This document shows positions 10,443-20,987 of a stretch of DNA of 64,000 nucleotides, one piece after another. Source of the DNA: a virus (taxonomy: Duplodnaviria; Heunggongvirae; Uroviricota; Caudoviricetes); IMG/VR virus record IMGVR_UViG_3300033074_000580, positions 1 to 64,000 of that record. One strand, given 5' to 3'. Positions within the stretch are counted from its first letter, which is position 1. Each line of letters begins with the position of its first letter. A model generated the notes under the pieces. That model saw nothing but the letters and a program-made list of their open reading frames with translations. It ran no database searches and was not told the DNA's origin. A program made the position numbers and the translations under genes.

Positions 10443-13106
10443 TTATGTATTATAAGGTGCTACTGTAAATTTATTACCTTCATATGTGTTTAATGCGGTT
10501 GGTAAATCTGTCAACACGTTTGATGGGTAGTGTCTAATAGGTCCTCCGTTTACTGTTGTCCATTGGTCAATAATATAAAATTGTCTTGTTCTACAATTCT
10601 GAACAATAATTCTCATATATCCATTATAACCATGTATAGGTGGTGTAAATGTACTTGGAAGACCTGTTAAAGTTTTTGTTGTTGGGTTATATACACCGTT
10701 AGGGTAATTATAATTATTATATGCGGTTTCATACATAAACCATTTCCATTCTGTTGGTGATGCTGTACCATAACAATAATTTGCCACAGGTAATGCTGTT
10801 GGTGTCACCGTTGGTGTTGGTGTTGGTGGTATTGTCGGACAACTTATTGTGAATTGATATGAATCACCCAATGGTAAGCTTGGATTTTCAGGTCCAACCT
10901 CAACTCTCATTTCATAAGTACTACCAGTCAAGTATGTGAAAGTAAAGCTACCCGTAGTTCCGGTTGTATTAAGGTCTCCAACTCCTCCCCATGGTCCAAC
11001 ATACGTATCATCATATCCAACCCAACCACTTGTTTGCGCCAAACCACCATTAACATATAAATTAAATCTATTTGGTCTATCAAATGCTGCATAAGTTATT
11101 GTGATTGTATTACTACTAACATAATAACCATTAGAAAAATCTAAACAATGTGTAAATGATGTGTACGTACTATTATTGTAGTTATTTGTAACCGTATCAT
11201 AACATCTATTGTCACAAGTTGTTCCACTAGGGTAGAATTCTCTAGCAATAGGTACAAATGATGTATCAGGTGTCGGTGTTACTGTTGGTGTAATAGTTGG
11301 TGTAATAGTTGGTGTAATAGTATTTGTCGGTGTAATAGTAGGAGTTACAGTTACCGTTGGAGTTACTGTGGTGGTCGGTGTTACCGTTGTAGTAGGTGTA
11401 ACTGTTGGTGTTACAGTTAATGTAGGTGTTGGTGTTATTGTAGTTGTAGGTGTTGGTGTTGGCGTAATAATAGTCACACTAATACCAAACGCACAATTGA
11501 CAGTTTGTGTAATAGTTGGTGTAATCGTGTTTGTTGGTGTAATAGTAGGTGTTACAGTATTTGTTGGCGTAATAGTAACTGTCGGTGTTATAGTTGGCGT
11601 TATACTAGGTGTTGGCGTTGGTGTAGGAGTTACCACAGTAACGCTGATACCGAACGAACAATTTATAGTTTGAGTTGGTGTTACTGTGACTGTTGGCGTA
11701 ACCGTATTTGTTACGGTCGGTGTAATAGTTGGTGTAATAGTTGGAGTAACCGTATTTGTTGGCGTAATAGTCGGAGTTGCGGTAATAGTTGGTGTTACCG
11801 TATTTGTTGGAGTTACTGTGTTTGTTGGTGTAATAGTTGGTGTAATAGTTGGGGTAACCGTATTTGTTGGTGTCGGTGTAGGTGTCAATATTGTAACACT
11901 AATACCGAAGCTACAGTTAATTGTTTGAGTAACTGTAGGTGTAATAGTATTTGTTGGGGTAATAGTTGGTGTAACAGTTAATGTTGGAGTAACAGTTGGT
12001 GTTGCAGTAATGGTAGGTGTAATAGTAATTGTAGGTGTCGGTGTAGGGGTTACCACGGTAACGCTGATACCAAAATTACAGTTAATAGTTTGTGTAGGTG
12101 TAACTGTAACTGTATTTGTTGGAGTAACAGTTACTGTAGGTGTAATAGTTGGAGTTACGGTAATTGTAGGTGTTGGAGTTGGTGTCGCGATGTTCACATC
12201 TATACCAAACACACAATTTATAGTTTTAGTAGGTGTAACCGTAATGGTTGGTGTTACTGTGTTTGTTGGGGTTACAGAAGGCGTAACTGTTTGTGTCGGC
12301 GTTATCGACGGAGTTACAGTAATTGTAGGTGTAACAGTTGGTGTAACCGTATTTGTTGGTGTAATTGTAATAGTTGGAGTTATCGTAGTTGTTGGAGTAA
12401 TTGTTACCGTAGGTGTAATAGTAGGTGTAATTGTAGGGGTAACAGTTGGTGTGATTGTAACTGTAGGTGTAATAGTTGGTGTAACATATAACTCAACACA
12501 ATCAACAACAATATTTTTTGTTATCTTTTCTTTAACCCAAGGTGCATCTAATGTAATAGATGCGGTTCTTATACCATTTGTTGTAAAATTTCTACTTACT
12601 GAACTATTGGCCGTAAATCCTGTTACTGTAACACCATCGTCCCATTTAAGTGTATAATTAACAGATGTATTTGATAACATCTTTAATTTACCAAAGTTTG
12701 TAGAATTTACAATTGTAATAGTATATCCCGAAGATGAACATACACCAGAATATGAGAAATTTGCGGTAACTTTATCTTGAGATATGTTACCATCAAAATC
12801 AACCATTGGTCCATACTCATCTACTTTAGAATCAATATAAATTGGTAATTGATAATCTCCGTAAATTGAATTTATATCACTACTATTCCATCTGTTTGAT
12901 GTTGGTGTACCCCACACATAATATCCTTCCGAAACAGTACCTCCTGAGACATTATAAACTTTGGTACCTGTTGTTAATGTTGTAGGTGTAATTCCACTCC
13001 AATATATAATATTACCATCGATATCATACCAAGCCTGTTCGGTCAATGAGACCAACTTAACTTGTACGATATTTTCCCTCTTAATGGTATGTCTTATTCT
13101 TTTCAC
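10443..13106 (-). CDS. Fibre-like protein: PKD/Ig-like N-terminal part, long mucin-like TPT stalk, Cys-containing C-terminal head
   Basis: GTG start with TATTTATA 5 nt upstream; YTLKWDDG...RTASITL PKD-like segment; about 400 aa TPT repeats with five INCxFGI[SD]V cassettes. Confidence 0.7.
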   Translation of the reverse strand: MKRIRHTIKRENIVQVKLVSLTEQAWYDIDGNIIYWSGITPTTLTTGTKVYNVSGGTVSEGYYVWGTPTSNRWNSSDINSIYGDYQLPIYIDSKVDEYGPMVDFDGNISQDKVTANFSYSGVCSSSGYTITIVNSTNFGKLKMLSNTSVNYTLKWDDGVTVTGFTANSSVSRNFTTNGIRTASITLDAPWVKEKITKNIVVDCVELYVTPTITPTVTITPTVTPTITPTITPTVTITPTTTITPTITITPTNTVTPTVTPTITVTPSITPTQTVTPSVTPTNTVTPTITVTPTKTINCVFGIDVNIATPTPTPTITVTPTITPTVTVTPTNTVTVTPTQTINCNFGISVTVVTPTPTPTITITPTITATPTVTPTLTVTPTITPTNTITPTVTQTINCSFGISVTILTPTPTPTNTVTPTITPTITPTNTVTPTNTVTPTITATPTITPTNTVTPTITPTITPTVTNTVTPTVTVTPTQTINCSFGISVTVVTPTPTPTPSITPTITPTVTITPTNTVTPTITPTNTITPTITQTVNCAFGISVTIITPTPTPTTTITPTPTLTVTPTVTPTTTVTPTTTVTPTVTVTPTITPTNTITPTITPTITPTVTPTPDTSFVPIAREFYPSGTTCDNRCYDTVTNNYNNSTYTSFTHCLDFSNGYYVSSNTITITYAAFDRPNRFNLYVNGGLAQTSGWVGYDDTYVGPWGGVGDLNTTGTTGSFTFTYLTGSTYEMRVEVGPENPSLPLGDSYQFTISCPTIPPTPTPTVTPTALPVANYCYGTASPTEWKWFMYETAYNNYNYPNGVYNPTTKTLTGLPSTFTPPIHGYNGYMRIIVQNCRTRQFYIIDQWTTVNGGPIRHYPSNVLTDLPTALNTYEGNKFTVAPYNT
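11270..12485. repeat. Degenerate coding tandem repeat (TPT units) with five Cys cassettes
   Basis: Same repeat family as 8628-9412. Confidence 0.9.
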
Positions 13107-13140
13107 CTACTATAAATAAATAACAATTGATTTTATTTTA

Positions 13141-14628
13141 CTAATATGTTCCACAAGATGATGCCGGTTGACAAATATATCCACCTCCCGTTGTGTGATA
13201 TAATCTTCTATAATTTATTCCATTGTAAATCCATAAATTTTGACCTTGTCCATATGGTGCAAATGATGTTGAAGTATATGTCGTTGCATTACAGAATGTG
13301 GCCGTTGAACTATTTAATTCAACAGATATCTGAGCGGCACCCGACCAACTACCATATGATGGTGTTGTTCCATCAGGAATATATTGGAAATTTACAGTTA
13401 ATGAAACATTTGGTGGGTTTGGACACGTTAAATCACTACTTAGAGCTAAATTACCACCATTACCCACACTATCATATACAGAAATAGCATACGTGTTACC
13501 AACATAACTATCTAAACCTGTATACGTATGTGGTAATGAATAATGTGCCGAATCAAAACCTGCAGGACCTGAAGTTATAACACAATAATAACCTGTACCT
13601 GAACCACCAGTTGCCCCCGAAACAGTTATTGTAGCTCCCGTTGGATTATATCCAACACAAGTAGATGACAAACTAAAGTTAATAGGTGGATATGAAATAC
13701 CATTATTGGTTGGTGTTATGGTTGGTGTTATTGTAGGTGTAGGTGTTATTGTGTGAGTTGGTGTAATAGTTGGCGTTATACTTGGTGTTGGTGTTGGTAC
13801 GAAAATTGAACCTCCTCCTCTTTCATAAAATTTAATTGGGTCATTACTTTCACCCACTCTATTACCCGTTGTACCACTAAAATTATATATTTGATAAGAA
13901 TAATCACTTCTATCAATTACTACCTTAAAATACATGTCAGTTGTATCGACAACCTCTCTTGATGTTGAAAATACATTATTACAAAAATCGGTTATACTTC
14001 CATCTTCAGCATTATAAAATTTTGCCGTCATGAAAAATGTGTCTCCACTTAATGGTGTACCAGATAATACACTCTCATCTTGGAACCAAAATAGATACAT
14101 GTTCTCTTTGTTTCTATAATTTGACCCCATAAACACAGGGCAATGGATATTTTCATTTAAATTATTTCCACTATAAAAATATTTTTCACCTAACGGTAAA
14201 CTAAGATTTTTTGCAAAAACTAATTTTCTATTTATTCTTGTCGGCGCCTCAACAACTCCATCGGTAATCGGAGTTTTAAAAAATTCCAATCTAAAGAAAC
14301 TTTTGGTTGCCGCCTTTAACATTTTAGCATTTTCTTTTGTACTAATACCAACAGCATTATAATCGGGTACATATGTACTACCAGATAAAAAATAAAAATA
14401 AAACCAAATATCGGTTTGACTAAGATTTGTACCACCAACTGATGTGGTATATGGTTTATGTATAAATCTTACCGTTTCATAATTTTCAATAGGATTGATT
14501 ATTGAAGATAGAACTTCATCTTCAAATTGAACCATACTTTCTTGCCAACCCAAATTATTTTGGATGTCCTGTTCTTGATTTAAAATTATATTTAAATTTT
14601 CGTTAGATTTTAAAAATTCCATTAACAA
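13141..14628 (-). CDS. Virion protein with short TPT linker and SprB-like/Cys-rich C-terminal domains
   Basis: Globular N-terminal half, [10 protein letters not shown] linker, STCVG...[14 protein letters not shown]...YAISVYDSVG module. Confidence 0.6.
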   Translation of the reverse strand: MLMEFLKSNENLNIILNQEQDIQNNLGWQESMVQFEDEVLSSIINPIENYETVRFIHKPYTTSVGGTNLSQTDIWFYFYFLSGSTYVPDYNAVGISTKENAKMLKAATKSFFRLEFFKTPITDGVVEAPTRINRKLVFAKNLSLPLGEKYFYSGNNLNENIHCPVFMGSNYRNKENMYLFWFQDESVLSGTPLSGDTFFMTAKFYNAEDGSITDFCNNVFSTSREVVDTTDMYFKVVIDRSDYSYQIYNFSGTTGNRVGESNDPIKFYERGGGSIFVPTPTPSITPTITPTHTITPTPTITPTITPTNNGISYPPINFSLSSTCVGYNPTGATITVSGATGGSGTGYYCVITSGPAGFDSAHYSLPHTYTGLDSYVGNTYAISVYDSVGNGGNLALSSDLTCPNPPNVSLTVNFQYIPDGTTPSYGSWSGAAQISVELNSSTATFCNATTYTSTSFAPYGQGQNLWIYNGINYRRLYHTTGGGYICQPASSCGTY

Positions 14629-16397
14629 TCGAAATTAAAGCCGTTTAGTCCATCCTGTTTATTATTATATTGTTGTTCATTTCTTAAATAGAAATTGATA
14701 TCTGTTCTAACATAGTGCATGTTATTTGAAAATGGAAAATTCGTACCATTACCATCCACATCCACATAACCATGGTCATATAAATCTCTCCATCTCCATA
14801 TTTTTTCAACTGAGTCATATGTTACATTTTCAGGTAAATTATAAACATCATCGGTTTGTGAACTTTCAACATATGGTGATAATTGTCTTAATTTAATTCT
14901 TTGGTGTGGTTGATAATATAATCCTGTTTTATTATTAACACTAGCACCAGAATAATATGTTGAATCGTCTTGATTGTGGTCAAAGTGTGTTGTAGGTGTT
15001 GTGAATTTATGGAAAGATTCACTAACAACTCTTTCTTTGAGTTCCAATGGGTTATATTCAACAAAAGCACCAATTAAAGTTGTACCTGTTGGGATGGTTG
15101 ATCCACTTAAAAAAGTAAATCCCGTATAACCGGCTTGCCATGTTCTTCCTGTAAATGATGTAACGTTCGACAATGCTGTTTCGTTGTGGGTTGTTCCACT
15201 AAAATGTTCGTCAATCCATGAATTATGAAAATTAAATTTATAACCAACTTTTGGTGGGTAATCAAAATAACCTTCACCATTTCTAAAAATGGTTGTCACA
15301 TAAACTTCAGTTGGTGTGTATCCTAAGTTATTTGTTAATCCACTTAGAACGAAAGGTTCCTTAAAGTCAAATAAAACTGACTCAGGTCTATTTCTTTCAA
15401 CTAATATGTCATTATCACCTGAAAAATTTTCAAATACTAATTTTCTTTCGTTTTCCCATATTGGTGATTCAAATCCAACTTTATCTAAAATATAACCACT
15501 TTCATCTGTTAACGTTTTATGTAGATGAACATAATATGAAGATGAAGTTCCGGCTAAATTGTTTATATCAATAATTCTTTTGCCCGTCATTAAAGTCATT
15601 GTATTAAATGGGGTACCACTAACAGAACTTTTTGCAATGTTTATCACATATTTGTCTGAGTTGTAAAATTCATTACCGACACTATTGATATAAAATGTGT
15701 TACCTGTTAAAGTTGAACCAGATAGTTTTACATATTCACCTGCATTCATACCATGTTCGATGGGACTAGTTAATTCATAATAACTGTCACCACTATATGT
15801 TAATCTAAATGGTATTCCATCTTCAGCTTTAAAATGAATTATATTTCTACCTTCAGTTTTTGTTGCACCAGATAATGTATAAATCATTGAATATTGTGTA
15901 TTCGCAGAATATACATAACTTAAATAAACGTTCCAATTTTGATATGGTGCTTGTATTGGTGTTACTATAGTGTGACCTGTTGGTCCAACAAGTTGATATG
16001 TTGGCGTGAATTGAGATAAAGTTGTACCTGAATTTATTACATTGTATTCTCTTACTACATCTTGTCTCATGAAAGCAAATTCATCATATGGTATAAAACC
16101 AGTATGATTATTATCCGTTCCATCTCCAACCAAATATAATCTATCTTTTAGATATGTATATTCCGTATTACCACTATACATGTTACGGAATATCATTTTC
16201 ATTTTACCAAAAATCTTATATGTGGCACTATTGTTTCTTTCTTTATAAAAAAGTTCATCTAAATCTAAAACAATATCTTTATCACCTATACGCATAAGTG
16301 ATTCTGATGTTTCGAAATTAACTCTAACATCAACATCCTCAGAATCCGCCTTTTTGTATCTCTTACTTGGTAAGAGTATTTTTTTATTTTCTTCCAT
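14622..16397 (-). CDS. Hypothetical baseplate/virion protein
   Basis: 591 aa, coupled to neighbours, 12 [ST]GxT motifs. Confidence 0.6.
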   Translation of the reverse strand: MEENKKILLPSKRYKKADSEDVDVRVNFETSESLMRIGDKDIVLDLDELFYKERNNSATYKIFGKMKMIFRNMYSGNTEYTYLKDRLYLVGDGTDNNHTGFIPYDEFAFMRQDVVREYNVINSGTTLSQFTPTYQLVGPTGHTIVTPIQAPYQNWNVYLSYVYSANTQYSMIYTLSGATKTEGRNIIHFKAEDGIPFRLTYSGDSYYELTSPIEHGMNAGEYVKLSGSTLTGNTFYINSVGNEFYNSDKYVINIAKSSVSGTPFNTMTLMTGKRIIDINNLAGTSSSYYVHLHKTLTDESGYILDKVGFESPIWENERKLVFENFSGDNDILVERNRPESVLFDFKEPFVLSGLTNNLGYTPTEVYVTTIFRNGEGYFDYPPKVGYKFNFHNSWIDEHFSGTTHNETALSNVTSFTGRTWQAGYTGFTFLSGSTIPTGTTLIGAFVEYNPLELKERVVSESFHKFTTPTTHFDHNQDDSTYYSGASVNNKTGLYYQPHQRIKLRQLSPYVESSQTDDVYNLPENVTYDSVEKIWRWRDLYDHGYVDVDGNGTNFPFSNNMHYVRTDINFYLRNEQQYNNKQDGLNGFNFDC

Positions 16398-19300
16398 TAT
16401 TCAGATGGTGGGAACGCCCCTTTTGGTCCGTAATATTTTATCATGGTGTCTAATGCTGTTTTATCGGGTCTTAAACCAAAATAGAATAAGAATGGTGTTG
16501 ATAATACTTGTTTGTTACCACTATAATTTAATTGTGTTTCAAATAAGAAAGTTTCTCTATAATCGTGAACATACCTATCTGTTTGTTCTTTCCATGTTTT
16601 ATCAACAACAACATATGTAACACCACTTAAAGGTGATTTTGTTGTTCCTGATGTTACATGTAACCATATATCACCTTCAACATAACTTATTGCTCCATTT
16701 GGTGATGTACTAGGTGCGGATGAACTTATATTTTCAAATCTTTCCAACATGTCTGTGGTATTACCTGTAAACGAATACTGCGGATGTGTAATTGTTATTG
16801 GTTTTAGTAAATACTCTTCCTCACCATCAGCAAACAAATAATTTGTAGTAGTATTTGTTGCACCACTAATTGAAAATAAGCGTTGTAATTTCATAGATGC
16901 AATTGAGGTTCTATCCCATTTTTGTCTATCAGAATTTCCACCGTATGGTCCAAAACCTATACCTCCTTTATTCCATAAAAAGAATGGAACTTTTTGTGTG
17001 TAATCGCCCAATCTATAATTTAAACATTGTCTAATAAATGCACCATTTAAATCTAATTTTAAATCAATTGGTACGGGACTATAACTATTCCCTGACTTAA
17101 AATAACTTGCAAAATATGAGTCTTCTGGATCCATCAATTCACCGTTATATATGAAGTAATGTGGACTATCTAAATCGAATGCTTCAATTCCCGCTTCACA
17201 GTTAATTGACATCAATTGTGTAATATCACCATCGAATATTTTTACATTATCACCTAAACCTGTTCCTGTGAAGAAATCCCCAACATCAAATTTAGCATCA
17301 CTAATGTCCATTCGATAATTGATTGCATATTCAACAACATTAGCAGGGTCTTGATATGATGTTGTGTTAATATCTCTAATAACTGAACATGTTGGGTCAA
17401 TTCTTGGGTCTTGACAAATTTCATATAAGAACTCATCTCTCACCCCAACGTCATAGAATGTTGTTGGGTGTAGAATTTCTTTGTATGTTCCCATATTTTG
17501 ACCAATAAAACCACTTGTTGGGTTATATGGTGTTGCTCTATAATAAAATTCTTGGTCTAAAACATTAAAGAAAACTAATTCTCTTGGGAATTTAGATGCT
17601 CGTTGACTTAAATCTAAAACTGTTGGGTCATCCCATTTAATTCTTTTATCAAATTTAAAGAAATATAAAACCCCGTTTAACCAGTTATCTATAAATGAGT
17701 AGTTTACAACTCCTCCACAGAAAAACACACCAACTCTTTTTCTTTTATACCACTCTTTAATTACTGATTGATTTTTTGACACCCCTTCAATAACTGGCAC
17801 TATGGTTACAACACCATCTCTAATCTCAGTTAAACCTGATTTTGTTTTCTTTGAGAAAGTATTGTCTCCACCTTCCATATCGGCAACATTTGGTAATCTT
17901 CTTGTTGATGATGAACCAGCAATTGTTGCAACCAAAGTATAATTTGATGCAGGTGCGGTTGGGGTTGAGGTCTCAACATATGGGGTTCCAGTATAATACG
18001 GTTTACCTAATAAATGGTAAGGGTTTGTTGTTGAACCATAATTGTATGACACACGCTTTGAATATGTTGTCCATGATGGTCCATTTGGATTTCCAACATT
18101 TGATACGTCGTTAACATCTCCATATGTACCACTTGATGACCACAAATATGTATAAACACTTGTTTCATCGTAGAATTTGTCATATTTTGAACATCCTTGC
18201 TCAATTGTTAATTCGGTTGATGATGTGGTTTTTGATGCTGCCCTATCATAAACTCTAACAACAGCATATAAATCTTTAATACCTTCAATACCACCCGCAC
18301 TATAATCTTTTCCTGCATATTTTTCCCAATAAGAATAAGACATTTTAATTGCAGGTACGTTTGTATATGTTTCCGGTGAACCTGTATTATATTCTCTATA
18401 TGTATTTGGGGTAAATTGTGTTACTCTTTCATAAACCTCTGTTTGATAATTTCCTCCTCCGCAATCTATTGATTGTAATGTAGCATAACCACTGGTTGTT
18501 TGTCCACTTTGTATTGTAATATCTTGTGTTCTATATGTGTAGTTACAAGGATTTCTTATTAAAAGTGTGATTACAATATTTTCAGTTGCGGTAATTGGTC
18601 CACCAGATAAATCAACATATTGTGCGCTAACTTGACTTCCATTATCTGTTATTTTTACGGAATTACCAGTATTTGTTGGTGTCGTAACTGTAACAATTTG
18701 GAAATAGGAGTTTAATTGTGTATCAACATACGACGAATTAAATTCAGTATACATATCATTGAATGTGTCTGTTGAAACATCACTACCAACTAATGGATAA
18801 ATTCCACCTATATATCTTTTTTGTGATGATATGCCCGGTGTTGTATATGTATGTAATAATGGAATATCAGATTCAAGAATTCCTGAAGTTTCAACGTCTT
18901 TTGCAGACTGACCATTAAATAATTCAGTTAAAAATGTACTACCCGTTGTGGTACTTGAGTTTAAATAATTTGGTGTTTGTCCAGATAAATAAACTAAATA
19001 AATTGACCCATCATATGGGACTACCTTTGTTTTTATTTCGGCACTTCTATAATAAAGATTTAAATTACCCAAACCCGAACTTGGTGCAACACCATCAACG
19101 TCAGTAGAACATTCTTCACAATCCGGATATGTTGTTAATGGTAAACTTGTTTGACCACCTTCAGCAATTCTCATTGCAAATTCCCTCAATCCAACACCTA
19201 AATCGAATATTGGGTGACCATTTGCAAATGAAAAACCCATTGCGGTTTTACCAAGGTCCCACATTATACTACCTATTGTTTCATATACCCATATTTGAAT

Positions 19301-20932
19301 TATAGTAAAAATATATTGAACAAATAATAAAACTTCCGAAATAATTAAACCAAATTTAATTCTATTTCTAAATCCGAAATTAACTGGAAAATAATTAGCT
19401 TTACCTGTACAATCATCTTCACTATTTGGTCTAATTTCTTTTATACCTAAAAATGCGTCTCTTCGTGAAAGTCCTAAGAAATTCTCAACTGCCGATACTT
19501 CATAATGTGAACCTTGGAATGATGATACAGTATAAACTTTACCGAAAATAAATTTATAAAATACATCTTCGGGTATTCCATTGTTATTAGTACCTAACAT
19601 TAAATTTTTCTTATCTTCAACAAAAGTGTTTGACATTGAGCTGCCCGTTGTGCCCGCAGGCCAAACTATGTTAAGATAATCCTCAAATACATCTGAAAAT
19701 TGATAAGTAGTTAAAAGTTCTTCATCGTATTCACCATAATCATTACTACCATCTGAATTTTTATTATATTCTCTAATTTGTGGTACTAAATAATTTGCAG
19801 TTCCCGTTTTTTCATTACTACCATCTAATGAAAATTTAAATCTTGCGGTAGTTGTTGTTGGAATACCTTTATTTGGGTCATTTGTTATTTCTTGTTCTCC
19901 AAATTCATTTGTGTAAACATATTCCATGTTCATTGGAAAAACTACCATGGCAATACCATCTTCATCTATAACTTCAGTTGGGTAATAATATTCTAATTCG
20001 GGATATAATGTTACACCATCTGAACCATAGACTTTATTACCTGTATATCTAACTGCAGTTATTTTACCTTCAGTTGTTTGTAAATTACATTTATAACCTG
20101 TTTTTCTACGAATTACACCACTTCTCTTAACAGCATCTCCGTTATCATCGGTAACTGTTGATGTTAAAATTAAAGATATAGGTTCAATTCTAATACCACT
20201 TTCAGAAATATCAAAATCGGTTCTTGTAATTCCTAATTCACATAAATCAACATTACCCCAAAATGGGAATACCTCAATAGTTTTATCAAATCTAATAATT
20301 TGAGGTAATCCATCAATATCGGAACTTGATTTGAAATTATAATATCTTTCAAATTTTTCAACTCCAACTCCTCTTTTAATGAAATCATATGGTCTTAAAG
20401 AAAAACATCCAATATCTGACAAATCTATATCAACATGTATTTTTTGGATACCTGTGGGTACTCCCCAAATCATAAAGTCACCTGATTCGTTTGTTTTTAC
20501 GGTATATCTAAAATAACTTTCATATACCTCTAATACTTCTTCTCTTGTTAATATATCAGATTGGTCTGGAAATGTTCCTGTTGGTACATGTCCTCCATGT
20601 TGTTTTCTTGCAGGTAATAAATTATATCTATAATTGTTTTCGTCTCTTTGACTAACGGGGTCTGTATATGGATATAAAGCCGAAATAACAGGGTCGTCAG
20701 CATCTGTTGATTTTTGTTCTACGAATATGGATACTCTGGCATTTGGAATACCGAATCCATCATTTGCAGTTATTCTACCACAAACAACTCCATAATCAGC
20801 ACAAAGTGACGTATATATGTCTTTTTGTGAGAATTTTAAAGACAAAATCTCAAGTAAGTCGTAGTCTTGTTTTAACTCGACAGTTACTTTCTGTTCTTTA
20901 CCAATATTTGTTGAAATTCTATGTTTTTGCAT
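16397..20932 (-). CDS. Large baseplate-associated protein with N-terminal carboxypeptidase-regulatory/Cna-like domain
   Basis: GVVCGRITANDGFGIPNARVSIF...TNESGDFMIWGVPTG beta-sandwich signature; 1511 aa, directly downstream of the gp6-like gene. Confidence 0.6.
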   Translation of the reverse strand: MQKHRISTNIGKEQKVTVELKQDYDLLEILSLKFSQKDIYTSLCADYGVVCGRITANDGFGIPNARVSIFVEQKSTDADDPVISALYPYTDPVSQRDENNYRYNLLPARKQHGGHVPTGTFPDQSDILTREEVLEVYESYFRYTVKTNESGDFMIWGVPTGIQKIHVDIDLSDIGCFSLRPYDFIKRGVGVEKFERYYNFKSSSDIDGLPQIIRFDKTIEVFPFWGNVDLCELGITRTDFDISESGIRIEPISLILTSTVTDDNGDAVKRSGVIRRKTGYKCNLQTTEGKITAVRYTGNKVYGSDGVTLYPELEYYYPTEVIDEDGIAMVVFPMNMEYVYTNEFGEQEITNDPNKGIPTTTTARFKFSLDGSNEKTGTANYLVPQIREYNKNSDGSNDYGEYDEELLTTYQFSDVFEDYLNIVWPAGTTGSSMSNTFVEDKKNLMLGTNNNGIPEDVFYKFIFGKVYTVSSFQGSHYEVSAVENFLGLSRRDAFLGIKEIRPNSEDDCTGKANYFPVNFGFRNRIKFGLIISEVLLFVQYIFTIIQIWVYETIGSIMWDLGKTAMGFSFANGHPIFDLGVGLREFAMRIAEGGQTSLPLTTYPDCEECSTDVDGVAPSSGLGNLNLYYRSAEIKTKVVPYDGSIYLVYLSGQTPNYLNSSTTTGSTFLTELFNGQSAKDVETSGILESDIPLLHTYTTPGISSQKRYIGGIYPLVGSDVSTDTFNDMYTEFNSSYVDTQLNSYFQIVTVTTPTNTGNSVKITDNGSQVSAQYVDLSGGPITATENIVITLLIRNPCNYTYRTQDITIQSGQTTSGYATLQSIDCGGGNYQTEVYERVTQFTPNTYREYNTGSPETYTNVPAIKMSYSYWEKYAGKDYSAGGIEGIKDLYAVVRVYDRAASKTTSSTELTIEQGCSKYDKFYDETSVYTYLWSSSGTYGDVNDVSNVGNPNGPSWTTYSKRVSYNYGSTTNPYHLLGKPYYTGTPYVETSTPTAPASNYTLVATIAGSSSTRRLPNVADMEGGDNTFSKKTKSGLTEIRDGVVTIVPVIEGVSKNQSVIKEWYKRKRVGVFFCGGVVNYSFIDNWLNGVLYFFKFDKRIKWDDPTVLDLSQRASKFPRELVFFNVLDQEFYYRATPYNPTSGFIGQNMGTYKEILHPTTFYDVGVRDEFLYEICQDPRIDPTCSVIRDINTTSYQDPANVVEYAINYRMDISDAKFDVGDFFTGTGLGDNVKIFDGDITQLMSINCEAGIEAFDLDSPHYFIYNGELMDPEDSYFASYFKSGNSYSPVPIDLKLDLNGAFIRQCLNYRLGDYTQKVPFFLWNKGGIGFGPYGGNSDRQKWDRTSIASMKLQRLFSISGATNTTTNYLFADGEEEYLLKPITITHPQYSFTGNTTDMLERFENISSSAPSTSPNGAISYVEGDIWLHVTSGTTKSPLSGVTYVVVDKTWKEQTDRYVHDYRETFLFETQLNYSGNKQVLSTPFLFYFGLRPDKTALDTMIKYYGPKGAFPPSE

Positions 20933-20987
20933 CTCTTATAATAAATAGAAAGCACATGATTTTCTACTATTATAACGAAAAAACATT

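Noticed and set aside
8628-12485. Periodic cassettes as a CRISPR array or DGR template/variable repeat
   Set aside because: Copies are in-frame, vary mainly at synonymous sites, have irregular low-complexity spacers, show no adenine-specific variation, and no cas or reverse transcriptase gene is present.
8637-12657. Plus-strand V/G-rich and C/R/N-rich ORFs over the TPT regions
   Set aside because: Antisense shadows of the Thr-Pro-Thr repeat, whose reverse frames lack stops; no independent coding signal.
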